The position numbers were made by a program, and so were the translations under genes. Below are positions 50,460 to 63,690 of a DNA stretch of 64,000 bases, piece by piece (position 1 is the stretch's first letter; each line of letters opens with the position of its first letter). The notes under the pieces were generated by a model. That model had not been told where the DNA came from and ran no database searches. It saw only the letters and a program-made list of their open reading frames with translations. The DNA is from Eledone cirrhosa (Eukaryota), in assembly GCA_964016885.1 (NCBI GenBank), contig OZ024742.1, positions 353,152,001-353,216,000 of the forward strand, written 5' to 3'.

Positions 50460-51228
50460 CAAAAGAATAAGCATAAGTTTCATTGTAATGTAATGTTTGA
50501 ATGTCTGACATAGTTTTTCTTTTCCCTTCTCTGTCTCTCTGTTTGTTTTTATTTTCATTTTTCTTTTCTTTACGTTTCTTGTTGTTGCTGTGCTGCTTTG
50601 ATTTAGATTTTTGTTTTTTTTACCGGGTCATCAAATCAGTCTATTTATATCTTTTGATGCCTTCCTCTTTTAGTGGGGACACTACGATGCATGTCTTAGC
50701 AGGAAGTAGTGGGAGAGAATAGCGGCGGTAGTGATAATGAGGCAGTGGTGGTGGTGTTGTTGCTGTGCTAGTAGTACTTAGCAGGAGGTAGTGGGAGAGT
50801 ATAGCGGCGGTAGCGATAATGAGACAGTGGAGGTGGTGATGTGATCGTAGTAACGTAGTGATGGTGTTGAAGTTGAAGTAGAAATAGAAGTTGAGGTAAC
50901 TTGACTAGAGTTTTTGGCGTGGTAGTGGTGATGGTGGCGGTGGTGGTGTTGGTGGTGAACTTATTTTTCTGTCTGTCCACATTTAGCTATTTAGCCATTT
51001 TGCCATTTTCCTCTTTTTCGACTATAACATTTCTGATCCAAAATTAAATATTAAATATTGGGGCCATATGCCGTAAAGTGCTGCGTCATGGCTTGCTGAG
51101 CGTAAAAACTGTAATCTTATTGTTCAGTTGTAATAAGAATTATTCTATCACAGTTGTTTTAAAGGAGTAAAAATCAAAAACTTGCGGAAGCGATGCATAA
51201 CGATATATATCCACTATGTGCGTTTTCA
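50460..51228 (-). other. Leader X, homologous to leader Y; internal ~81-bp tandem duplication at 50695-50845
   Basis: See leader Y. Starts right after (TAA)n on the minus strand. Confidence 0.6.
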
Positions 51229-51257
51229 TTATTATTATTATTATTATTAGTATTATT

Positions 51258-54200
51258 TTTATTGAATGCCATGGTTGACAGAGGCTCGGCTCTGTAAGGT
51301 ATTGTAAATTTTGACCGCTATAACAATTGTAAATTGTTTAAAACTTTAACCAAATTATCGACAAAAAAACCTTCCTCCTCGTGAGAGGTGTCTTTCTGCC
51401 CGTTATTTGGCCCTTTGGGGTTAAATAGCCGCTTATTGGGGTTGTGTGCCCAATATTCATTTTAAACCAAAAAAAAACATGGCTACAAAAAAGAATGTTC
51501 ACAAGTCACTCCCACTCATTCCGACTTCTTCTTCCTCAATCGTCACTACAGCAGAGAGAAGATTGTCTCTCTGCCTTCCTTCTCTAAATGTGTCTCTCTC
51601 CCTCCCTTCTCTTTCGCAAGCGACGCCAGTATATAAAAATAGCTTCCAAATTCACGTGCAAAGCATGGAACATTTCTCCACGACGACGACAACGACGAAA
51701 AAGGTGTGCGGGAAATACGATAACCCAATTAATTCTACTGACATCATGAATAATAGCAGTATCAGCCGTAATAACAGCAGCAGCAGCAACAGTGACAATG
51801 AAAACAACAGTAGCAGCCGCAACATCATCAGCAGCAACATAAACAACAACAGCATTAGCAGCAACAGCAAAAACAACAGCAGCAGCAGCAACAACAACAA
51901 CAACCACAGCAACAGCGGCGGCGGCAGTAGTCGTAGTACCTGCAGCAACAACAAAAGTAACAGCAGCTCTGACGACAACAACAACAACAACAGCAGCAGC
52001 AAAGAAAAACCAATCTCGTTTGAAGGTATCGCAAAGAACCTGGAAACAATCCTCATAACAAATGAGGGATTACTGAAACGAAAAAGATGTTTACGAAAAC
52101 CGGACACCGAGCAATCTGCAAGGCAGCCGGAACATTTTTCGAAACACCAATAACACTGTACGGTCACGTACCGTACAGTAAGCACAATATCCCGTAGGGT
52201 TGAAAGAGCCACAGAGGCTCAAATACAAAAAAGCCTTAGGGTGTGTGTGGCAGCGGAAAACGCATATCACCCGAGGCAAGTAATATGCCACCGTAGACGT
52301 GCTTTTTGCCACACCCCAGGAGGCAAAGGCTCAATCCTTAGTGACCTTAAGGAGCGAGGAAATGCTGCTGGTGCCCTCCTACTGCGGGAAAAAAATCGTG
52401 AGGGTCAAACTGACCCACGTCCCCCCCAGGATGGCCCCTTCTTGGCTGGCCGCGTCTGTCCTCGTCGCAATCGAGGACAAAACAACTGTACTGCAAGTAC
52501 AGAAAAGAGTAAGAGAAGATTGTGTCGGCACCTCCATTGAGATGTTAATCCAAACCAACCAGGAGTGCATCGAATCTATCCTGGATGTGATTGACTTCGA
52601 TAACGGCACTCAACTGCCCATAAGTGTTGAGGGCAAACGCCCGAAAAGCTTTCGCTGTGGATCGAAGACTCACCTCAGGGCCTTCTGCAACAAGAAGACC
52701 ATGAGAAAGGAGAACACCGTCCTCCTTCCGAAACCGGATCCCACTGCTACCAGCAACAGGACAAGCGGCAACCAGGAACGATAGGTCCGTGGCACCCATA
52801 CCAACGCCACGGAAATCAAGAACAGCAGCAGCAGTGGAAGTATTAACAACAACAACAGTAATACCAACTGCAGCTCCAACAGAGACTCCACTGCAAACAT
52901 CACCAACAACAACAACCTCACAGAATTAGACATGGAGTGTGAGATGGGAGAGGGATGGCAAAAGGTCGCAAGAAGGCACAAACGCAAAAGAAGCCCATCG
53001 TCGCATTCGAAAAGGGAGGAAAGAAATAAAAGAAAAATAAAGTTTACTGCAAAGAGACTCACAGCAACAGCACCACCAACACCATCACCACCCACACTAG
53101 CACCACCATGACCACCGGCGACAACCCCACCGCCAACAACAACAACACCTTCAACACCACCACCACAAGCACCAACATCGCAAACACAACAACAAAACAC
53201 ACACACCCAGCAACAACGACATGAAAATAGCAGAACCACACCCACCCCCAGAAAAACAAATGCACGGCAATAAATACACACAACAAGAAACTAATGACTT
53301 ACATAATTGAACACAAACATTTCACAGCACGATTACATAATACCAGCACCAATTAACACGCCAACGAACATAAGACTGGTAAAAATAGCCCAGAAACAAT
53401 ACACACACATTAAAACGAAATTCCCCAAGGCAGTTGGTGATTTCAGAGACCTAGGAGGGACTCTCAACCGGATAGTATATTCGGACATACTCATAGAAGA
53501 GCCGACGACCAGCCGAAGGGACGATTCAACGGTCCCTTAACCAGACAACCAAGTGAAAAGGGATGGAGAAACCATCCTTCCTCTACGAAAAGTACGGTAA
53601 GAGATCTTTCCCCACTTTACCACTCCATTTCAACATGACCTCACTCAGAATAGGCAGCATAAATGCGCGTGGCTTGGGGTCGTCATGGAAACAGGGCCAC
53701 CTGCCCAATGACCTCAGGTCACTAAACATAGATGTAATGGCCATCAGCGAGACCAGAACCTCCGAAGCACGTGCCTTCGCACCGATCTTCGGTGGCTACG
53801 ATGTGTACGCATCTCCAAGCCGTCATGGATCGGGGAGAGGAGTTGCTGTGCTTTTTCGGAGAGGTTTGGATCTCGCTATACGGGCCATCTTCCTGGACCC
53901 ATAGTGTACGTTGGTGGTGCTTGACGTGACCAGCGGAGACGGGCAAGCTTTCAGGCTATTGGCCGTCTATGGCCTGACAGGATCAGGGCGGCCTGATTTC
54001 TTCCGGCGTCTGGACACCTTTCTTGGAACGTCCCGCTCTTTAGTGTTAGTGGGCGACTGGAACGTGATCTTAGATGCACGCTGGGACTGTGTGGGACTAA
54101 ACGGATAGGGGAGGAGGGTGCAAGGGCCTCACCAAAATGCTCAGGCGTTTTGAACTGTCTGACAGGTACCGATTGGATTTCCCAAATGTGCCAATGTGGA

Positions 54201-57200
54201 CTTGGATAAATCGGATAGTGTTATCCAGATCATATCTAGATAGAGTATTTTGTAGGGAAATAGATACGTCTAGCATATGCTGTCCACACTTCAAGATAGT
54301 CGACTACACGGACCACAAATTCTTGATCTGTGTGCTTGACTTAGTAGGCTTCCTTAGACGAGGACCCGACTACTGGAAGCTAAACGCGTCCTTACCAGCG
54401 CGCAAGGCCTACAGAGACCGGATTAGCGAACTAGTTAAGCGGGCGTTGACGGGGGACATCGTCAAAAACAAGTGGTGGTTTGCTCTGAAACGAGCGATTA
54501 GAATAGAGTCCATTAGGCTTAGTAAGGCTTTAGCAATAGAGAAAAATAGAGCAGAGGGAGAACTAGTTAGAAAATTAGACGAGGCGCTTAGCAAAGACAT
54601 CGCGACCGACGTGCTTGCGGCGAAATTGGCCCTTGACCAATTATTCAATGCAAAACACGAAGGCTGCCTTGTCAGAGCTAGGATGCGTGCTCTCAGGCAC
54701 GAGGGGACGAAAGCCGTTCAATGGGTCCGAGTGGCGGAGGCGCGTCGTGGCAACAAATCCACGATCCGTCTTTGGTGGACCACGACGGGCGCATGCTACT
54801 CGATCCCGGGCAAATGTTTGAAGATTTTCAGCGACACTTCGCTCAGCTGTTCGCGGGAAGCGGCGTGCCGGGTCGAGAGATGGACTTTAGTCTCTACCTC
54901 GACGAACTGCCGCGGCTCTCGGCCACTGAGGCGGAGTGTTGCGAAAAGCCGATAACAGCCGCTCAAGTACGGGAGGCAATGACTGGCTGCACAAGGTGGA
55001 AATCACCTGGTTTGGATGGTCTGCCCAATGAACTTTACGTACAGATGCCAGACTTGTTCGGGGGCCTCTTGGCGGACGTCTACTGCAACTGGAAACAGAA
55101 CGGGATAATTCCCAGCTCTGTGAGCCGAGGAGCGGTGGCACTGCTGAGAAAGGATCCGAACAAGGGGGATAACATACAAAAATGTCAGGCCCATAACTCT
55201 GCTAAACACAGAGTTCAATATTTTGGCCAAGGTGCTAGCACAAATGTTGGCGCTTGTAGTTGGTGGTCTGATGGGAGAGGCGCAGACATGGGCCATTCCC
55301 GACAGATCCATCCACGACAACCTCCACCTCATGCAATACATCGTAGAGAGGGTAGCTAGGGAACCTGGCATGGGTGGGTCTTTGATCAATTTATATTAGT
55401 CGAAAGCTTTCTATAGGGTCGACCATCGTTACCTAGCGGCAGTCCTGAGGGTGGCTGGCTTTGGGCCCGTCTTCAGAGGCTAGATCGCTGCCATACACAG
55501 CGACATCTGCTCTGTAGTGAAAGTGAACGGTCACCTTTCGGAACCGTTCAACATCATGCGCTCGGTCCGCCAAGGATGTCCCCTCTCGTCCCTCTTGTAC
55601 GTATTGACCCTTGAGCCATTACTTTCAAACTGGAGTGTTGAGGGGGTCCCGCGCGAACTAGGATGCGGAAGATCCGTGTCAGCATATGCGGACGATGTCA
55701 CCGTAGTTGTGTCGAACGCCAAACACGTCGAGGCGATCGGCACTACACTAAGAGAATACGAAGCGGTGACTGGAGCAATGATCAACCAGGAAAAGTCAGT
55801 GGGCCTGCAGCTCGGCACCTGGAAAGGCAGGTCCATGCCGTCCAACAGCGTCGTCGGACGCTGGAGGACGGACCGGTTAAATAGCTAGGGGTCTGGTTCG
55901 GCCCGGAGCTCCACACGGACAAAAACAGGGATAAGGTGCCGAGCAGGGTGGCTTCTCTCACATAGAAATGGGCGGAGAGGAATCTATCACTGAAAGGTCG
56001 ATCGGAGGTGGCTAACGCGTACATCGCGTCTGTCATCTGCTACCGCCTGAAAGTCCTACCTTGACCTAAGCCACGCCTGACTGCGCTGGATCGTTTGCTC
56101 TTTCGCTTTTTGTGGAAGGTACGCGCTTCGATGGTCAGGCGGTCCAACTGTTGTCCACACCCGCTACGTGGAGGGCTGGGCATGCCGGGGCTGATGATGC
56201 GCTGACACGCGCTCAGGCTACGACATCTCCACCTCTTCCTCGACGGTGATCAGGTGTGGTCGCCGTTTGCTAGACACGTATTTCCCCAGCTCGTCTCCTT
56301 GACGGAGTGCAGTCCTGGGTCAAGCGAAGACCGAGAGGGAGCGCCTTGAGACTGGAATGTCTTCAGGCGCTCACAGCCCTCGACCATTCGGGCAATGTGA
56401 TCGGTGGAAACTCCACCTCGACGTTCTATAGACGATTAGTGGAGGGGAAGAGCGACAACATACTTGGGGAAACTCTAGGCGTCAACGAAAATCAACTAGC
56501 CAATCTCTTCGGAAGAACTTTCAGGCCGGGGCCTATGGGCAACTTACAGAAATCTCTGGCCTGGCAGTGCTAGCGAGGAGCCTTGCCAGTTCGGGATAAA
56601 CTCTACAGGCATGGAGGTGCCGTCAACCGGGCATATCCGAGATGCGCGCAGGGCGACGAAACCGTCCTGCACGCACTCGTCCAGTGTCCGAAAATTGCTG
56701 ACTTGTGGGTTTATGTCGCACACCTGCTGTCCCGTGTAGGACGGATCCGACTATCATCTGAGTCCATCGTGAGGATTGCCCTGCCCTCTTCCTTTAGCCG
56801 GGAAGGGCAGGCAGTTTTTATCTGTCTGGTGGCCGTTGCTAAAGAGGTTATATGGTGGACCAGATTGAAAGAACTGAAGACAGACACTTTTCTCTTCGGC
56901 GAACCCCTCATCATCCTCTACACCTGGAAAGGAAGGTGAGGGTGGAGAGAGAAGTGCTTCCCCCAGTACCTTGCTAAAAGGTGGTTGAGTGTGGCGAGAA
57001 TGGCCCGTGTGAATGGGCATATTCTGACCCCGTGCCTATAGGCTAGCTAACTTGAGGAGATGGGTGCTCTCCGTCGGTGCCCTAGAAGCGCAGAGTGGTT
57101 CAGGATTAGTGGGGTACCTGAGTCACCCCTGGGTCATCCACCCCCTATAGGGGATTTATTTTGTTATGTTTATGCATAGTTTATTTTATACTTTTTATAT

Positions 57201-57320
57201 TTTCATTGTTAAATTAGTCTTGCCGTTGTGCACTTTTACTCAACCTTATTGTCAACATCCACTGCCTGTGTCTTTGTATTGTCCCCTACATGTGGTCCCG
57301 TGTGGCCAATAAATGAAATC
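51258..57320 (+). mobile_element. Tx1/L1-like LINE copy 2, full length (5' UTR, ORF1 ~51479-53600, ORF2 53635-~57045, 3' UTR), inactivated
   Basis: ORF1 has Ser/Asn tracts, an RRM-like region and a decayed knuckle SFRCGSKTHLRAFC. ORF2 starts MTSLRIGSINARGL and has the same EN, RT and Zn motifs as copy 1. AATAAA and an ATT-type tail. Confidence 0.93.
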
Positions 57321-57331
57321 ATTCTTATTTT

Positions 57332-60151
57332 TATTGGGGACCTACGTAGGAAATCATATTATCGTGAGCTCAGCAAATGTTTGTGGTTTTCGGTTGTTTC
57401 AAAATGGCAGTTTTGGAAAATGTTTGTTGGTAAGTGTTTATAAGTTCACATATATTGTTTTCTGAAAGGACATTCAAAATTATTAGGGCCTTGATTTCAA
57501 AATTTAAACTTTATATTTATCAAACAAAATATTTCTTTGAATAAAAACATGAACGACAAATCTCCTGATTTTTACAGACCAACATCCACCTCCCCCACTA
57601 CCACCACCAGCACCACCACCAACAACACCATTGGAGGCCTTGCCATGGTTGCCAACACTGAAAATATAATTAATAGCGGTCTCAATTATCTAGATTTGCC
57701 ACATAAAGACATAGATTTCCCGCCATTACCAATAACTACACGCATTAAAGGCGCCACCACCACCACCACCACAGCGACAACAGAGACCAAAAAAAATATG
57801 TATGTATTATCTCGTGACATCGAAATGGATTCACCCAGAACCGACTCTTCCACGCCGAACACCACTAACACCACCATCTAATAAAATGGAGCATCGGCGC
57901 CTATGCACCGTGTCATATCGGACGATAAACACAAAATAACACCAAGTGGAACGTGCATCCGAGTTCCAGATATAAAAAAACTTTGGGACATGTGTGGGCG
58001 AAAAAAACCCACATCAGACGTGGGTAGAAATATGGAACCGTGGACGTGTTCTTTGGAACATCACAGGAAGCCAGAGAGCAATCCATGGTCCCATTAAGAA
58101 GTGACGCGTTCACACTCGTACCAAACTATCGTGGTCAGAGACTCGTGAAGATCAGAGTGTCCCACGTTCCGCCGGCTATCGTAATTCCCTGGCTAATGGC
58201 TGCCGTACACGCCGGCATCTAGGAAAACACTAAAAAAATGAGGTAGCAAAAGAAATGCAGGAGAATTGGTCCGCATCTGGGATGGAGCACCTGATCCAAT
58301 CGGACCCAAAAAACATTGAGGAAATACAAGAGGTGATAGACCTCAATGACGGCAGCCACCTCACCGTAATCGTCGAGGGTAGTAGGCCTAGGTGTGTCGT
58401 TTGTTGCGAAGGAACCCACCTAAAGGCTTTCTGCGCTCAGGCTAAAAAGTTGAGGCCACCTCTCCTACCCTACCAATGACTTAACCATCAGAACCAACAG
58501 CAGCCGAGATGGAAGCAACAACTGCAGCAGTAACAACAGAAGCAACTATAGCAGCAACAACCCATCAACAGTAGCAAAACCAACACCACCATTACCCACC
58601 ATGCCAGAATTAGCACCAGCGCCTCCACCATCGACTACGCAGCAACCAAAACCATCGCCTGTTGAGGATGTTCCACTCCCCGACCCATGGCAACAGAAGT
58701 CACATTGTGACGATGAGTAGGAGTGGGAAATGGTATCATGAAAAAAAGAAAAAGAAAAAAAGAACCCCTAAAAGAAAAAAAATTTCTTCGTTCGCCCTCC
58801 AAAATCAAAATGTAGGGGAAACAAATAAGCAAACAAATAAATAAGCAAACAAACAAAAAAGTTAAGATAGCTATGTCACCACCCACACCAGCATCACCAG
58901 CCCCATCACCACAAACACCAACACCATCACCATCATTAACCCCACAAAACCAACACCACGAAAATGACCAAATCGCGAAACGGAGACAAACCCACAACAA
59001 TCGCAAACAAAACAAAACAACCAAAACGATACACACTACACAGTATTACATTTGAACAACAACCAATTATTACACTATATCCAACACAGCACCAGCATCA
59101 CAGAAAAAGACTACACAGCACACCACAAATTTACACCACCTTCACATATACAAATCACTCGCATCACACAGAAAACGTACACAACGCAAACAAAAATTCC
59201 CCAAGGAGATCGGAGACTTCCCACAAACACTCTCCAGGAGGATATATAAGGACATCCTTCCGGAGGAGGCCAAACGCAGTGAGAATGATAGAGAAACCAT
59301 CCTTCATCTAGGAGAAGTGAGGTAAATGGTCTTTCCCATCTTTTCCACTCCTGTTTAACATGACCTCACTCAGAATAGGCAGCATAAATGTGCGTGGCCT
59401 GGGGTCGTCATGGAAGAAGGGCCACCTGCTCAACGACCGCAGATCACTTAATGTAGATGTGGTGGCCATCAGCGAGACTAGAATCTCAGAAGCACGAGCC
59501 TTTGCACCGATCTTCGGCGGCTACGATGTGTACGCATCTCCCAACTTCCTGGATAGGCGGAAGATTTGCTGTGCTTTTTCGGAGACGTTTGGATCTCACC
59601 ATACGGGTCATCTTTGGACCCAGAAGGTACGTTGATGGTGCTGGACGTGACCGGCAGCGAAGGCAATGCTTTCAGGCTGGTAGGGGTTTACGCCCCAACA
59701 GGGGCAGGACGGCCATATTTCTTCAGTCGTCTAGAGACCTTTCTTGGAACGTCCCGCTCTTTAGTGTTAGTGGGCGACTGGAACAGGATCTTAGATGCAT
59801 GCTGGGACTGTGTGGGATTAGCGCATAGGGGAGGAGAGTGCAATAGTCTCACCAACCTGCTCAGACGGTTTCAACTGTGTGACAGGTAGCGTCTGGATTT
59901 CCCGAATGCGCCAATGTGGACATGGACAAACTGCCACGGATCATCCATATCATATCTTGATAGGTTATATTGTAGGGAAATAGATAGGTCTAGCATAGGC
60001 TGACCACATTTCAGAATAGTCGACTACACGTACCACAAATTCGTTGTTTCAGAGGTTGACTTAAATAGGCTTCATAGGCAGGGACCCGGCTACTGGAAGC
60101 TAAACGAGTCATTAACAGCGAGCAAGGCCTACAGAGACCGGATTAGCGAAC
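57332..60151 (+). mobile_element. Tx1/L1-like LINE copy 3 (5' UTR, ORF1 ~57549-59325, endonuclease only)
   Basis: ORF1 knuckle CVVCCEGTHLKAFC. ORF2 MTSLRIGSINVRGL at 59360. Breaks off after GYWKLN..RDRISE. Confidence 0.9.
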
Positions 60152-63100
60152 CAGGTTTTCCGACTTGCAAGCACTAATCCCCATTTTCGACCCCTATCAA
60201 ATCTTTGCATCTGTAGTCGGCTGGGAATGGAAGGTGGGGTGGCAGTGTTGTTTAGGAAAGGCCTGCATCTCGAGGTAAGGTAGATCTTGCGGGACCACGA
60301 CGGGAAGTTGGTGGTCCTGGACGTGAACAATAACGAAGGTGGTGCCTTTAGACTGGTGGCCGTCTACGCCCTTACTGGGGCAGGACGGCCGGACTTATTT
60401 AGACGCCTGGACGTTTTTCTGGGTATGTCTCGCCCTTTACTGTTAGCGGTGGACTGGAACGGCATATTATACGCCCGCTGAGACTGAGTGGGAGTATCCG
60501 ATAGAAGCGTGGTGGGGGGGTGCAAAAGCCTGAAGAACATGATCAGCCCGTTCCAACTTTCTGACAGGTACATACTAGATTTCGCTAATGCGCCATTGTG
60601 GAGATGGACTAAACGCATAGGGTCATCTAGATCGTATATAGACAGGATATTCATTAGGAAAATATACAGAAATAGTGTGAGATGTCCAAATTTTCAAACG
60701 GTCGCCTATTCAGATCACAAGTTTGTGATCTGTATGGTCGACCTAGATAAGACGCGTAGATCAGGACCTGGTTACTGAAAGCTGAACATGTCATTTCCGG
60801 CACGTAAGGCTTACAGGACCCAGGTCAACAATTTAGTTAACAAAAAGTTGACAGGGGGAGTTGTCAACAATATATGGTGGGGGGGGGGGGGCTTTCAAAA
60901 GAGAGATTTGCGTAATATCGATAGAGTTTAGCAAAGAACTAGCGTTAGAGTAAAATAGAAAGGAGGGGAGTTGGTAGAAATATTAGACGAGGCTATCTGT
61001 GGTGGCATTGCAACTGATGTACTTGCGGTGAGAATGGCATTAGACCATCTCTTCAATGCGAAACACGAAGGTTGCATTGTCACAGCTAAGGCACGTCCTC
61101 TGAGAAACGAGGGAACCAAAGTTGTTCGATGGGCCCACGTGGCTGCGGCGCAGCGTGGTAATAAAACCACGATTCAGTCTTTGACGGACGGGGACAGACA
61201 CGAGCTGAGCGATTCCAAGCGGATGTGTGAGGCCTTTCACCAACATTTTGCTAGGTTGTTCCGGGGAAGTGGCGGGTTAGAGGCGATTGCGGACTTCAGT
61301 TCTTACCTCGATGGCTTACCGCAACTCTCGACGGCCGACGCTGGGCGCTGCGAAAGGCCGATTACTTCAGCCTAGATTCAGGATGCCTTTTCGGCTGCAT
61401 GAGGCACCAGTCACCCCGTTTGGATGGTCTGCCCTACGAGCTTTACGTAAATAACCAGACTTGTTCTCCAATCTCCTTGAAGCGCTCTATTGCAACTGGC
61501 AGCAGAACGGGAGTATTCCCAGTTCTGTGAGCCGGGGCGTAGTGACGCTGATAAAGAAAAACGAGAACAAGAAGGACACATCAGACCATTTCAGGCCCAT
61601 AACTCTGCTCAACACACAGAGTTTAAGATTTTGGCTAGAGTGTGAGCGAAGACGTTGGCGCTTGTCGTCGGGGATTTGGTTAGGGAGGCGCAAACTTGCG
61701 CAATCCAAACCAGGTCCATACACGACAACCTCCACCTAATGCGATACATCATAGGGAGGGTAGGGTGTAAACCTGGCTTCGGTGAGGCTCTGATCAATTT
61801 AGATCAATCGAAAACATTCAATAGGGTTGACCATCGGTACCTGGAGACTGTCCTCAAGGTGGCTGGCTTCAGCCCCGTCTTCAGAAGCCGGATCGCTGTA
61901 ATGCACAGTGGCACCTGAAATGTGGTCAAGGTTAATGGCCACCTCTCGGAACCGTTTCAGGTCTCCCGCACGGTCAGTCAGGGTGCCCTCTCTCCTCCCT
62001 TCTCTACGTATTGACTCTCGAACCTTTACAGCGGAAGCTGGAGCTGTTGCAGGGCATCCCCCTCTAACTCGGGACGGGGAAAGGCTATCTCGGCTTATGC
62101 GGACGACATCACCGTGATGGTGTCGGACACCTCAGAAATCGAGATGGTCGGCGACTTATTGGAGGAATATGAAAGGTTGACAGGAGCCAAACTTAACCCG
62201 GAAAAGTGGGTGAGCTTGCAACTCGGCACCTGGAGAGGCAGTCCATAACGTCCAACAGCGTCGTGGGGCGCTGGACGGACGGACCGGTAAAGTTGATCGG
62301 CGTTTGTTTCGGACCACACCTCCAGATGGATAGGAATTGGGACGAGGTGACGGGCAGGGTAGAGCCAGTCTCACCCATAAATGAACTAGTATGGAACTAT
62401 CACTGAAATTCGGGCGGAGGTGGTGAACGCGTACATCGCGTCGGTCAGCTACTATAGTCTGACCGTCGTGCCTTGCCCCCGTTCGCGCCTCGCCATCTTG
62501 GAGTGGCTCCTCTTCAAATTATTGTGGAGGGGTCAGCTTCCGCATTTGAGGCAGTCCATCTGCTGCCAGCCTCCTCTACCTGGAGGGCTGGGCATGCCGT
62601 GGCTAATGATGCGCAGACACGCGCTGAGGCTGCGGCATCTCCAGATATTCTGCCCAAACGGTGAACAGGTGTGGTCGCTGTTTGTCAGACGGGCCCTTCC
62701 GCAGCTCGTCTCTTTGACTGAGCTGCAGCCCTGGGTCCGGAAAAGACCGAGACTGCGTGACTGGCATCTGGAATGTTGCCAGGCACTCACATCCCTCTAC
62801 CAGGCGGGCAATGTGGTCAGTAGAACTTCCACTCTCGAGTTCTATAGAGGATTATTGGTGGGCAAGTGCGACGACGCACTCAGAGAGGCTCTGGGAGTCG
62901 ACGAAGTCGAACTAACCAGTCTGCTCCGAAGGATTTTCGAGCCGGAGACGATGGATAATTTCCAGAAATCCCTCGCTAGGCAGTGCTACCGGGGGCACAA
63001 CCGGTTCGAGATAAACTCTATAGGCACGGAAGTGCTGTCAGACGGACCTGCCCAAGAGCAACGAAACCGTTCTGCACGCACTCGTCCTGTGTCCGTGCAT

Positions 63101-63690
63101 TACTTACCTGTGGAGTTATGTCGAACAGCTGTTGTCGCGTGTAGAACGGATCCGGCTATCGGCCGAGTCCATGTTGAAGATCGACCCACGCCTTCCTTTA
63201 GACAGGAAGGGCAGACAATTATCCTCTGTCTGGTGGCAGTACCGAAAGAGGTTGTATGGTGGACGAGCTTGAAAGGACTAAGACAGACACTTTTCTCTTC
63301 GGCCAATACCCCATCAACCTTTTGAAGTTTCACTTAGAAAGGAAGGTGAGACTGGAGAGAGAAGTGCTGCCCCCAGTACATTTGCTGAAAGGTGGGTGAA
63401 TGTCGCGAGAATGGCCCGTGTGAGTGGGCTTACTCTGGTCATCCGCTTCTAGGTGGGTAAATTGGTGGAGGAGAGGGGTTCCCTCGGTGCGTCGGGTCGT
63501 TCAGACTGATGGGGTACCTGAGCGAACCCTGGGTGGTCAACCCCCCTATTGGTGAATTGTTATTGTATTGTTATTGTTACTTTGTTATTGTTATTCATAT
63601 TTTTAACTTGATTTTTCTGTATAACCTGACTGTCCATGTATTTTGTATTGTCCCCTATATGTCGCCCCTTGAGGCCAATAAATGAAATCA
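60152..63690 (+). mobile_element. Tx1/L1-like LINE copy 4 (more divergent subfamily; ORF2 and 3' UTR)
   Basis: Restarts near the endonuclease N-terminus (TRFSDLQALIPIF), FRPITLLN, LDQSKTFNRVDH, AYADDI. 3' UTR resembles copy 2. (ATT)n tail. Confidence 0.9.

Noticed and set aside
51652-53281. Poly-Leu and Val/Cys-rich minus-strand ORFs that look like membrane proteins
   Set aside because: They are the antisense of the (CAA/CAG)n tracts in Tx1 ORF1.
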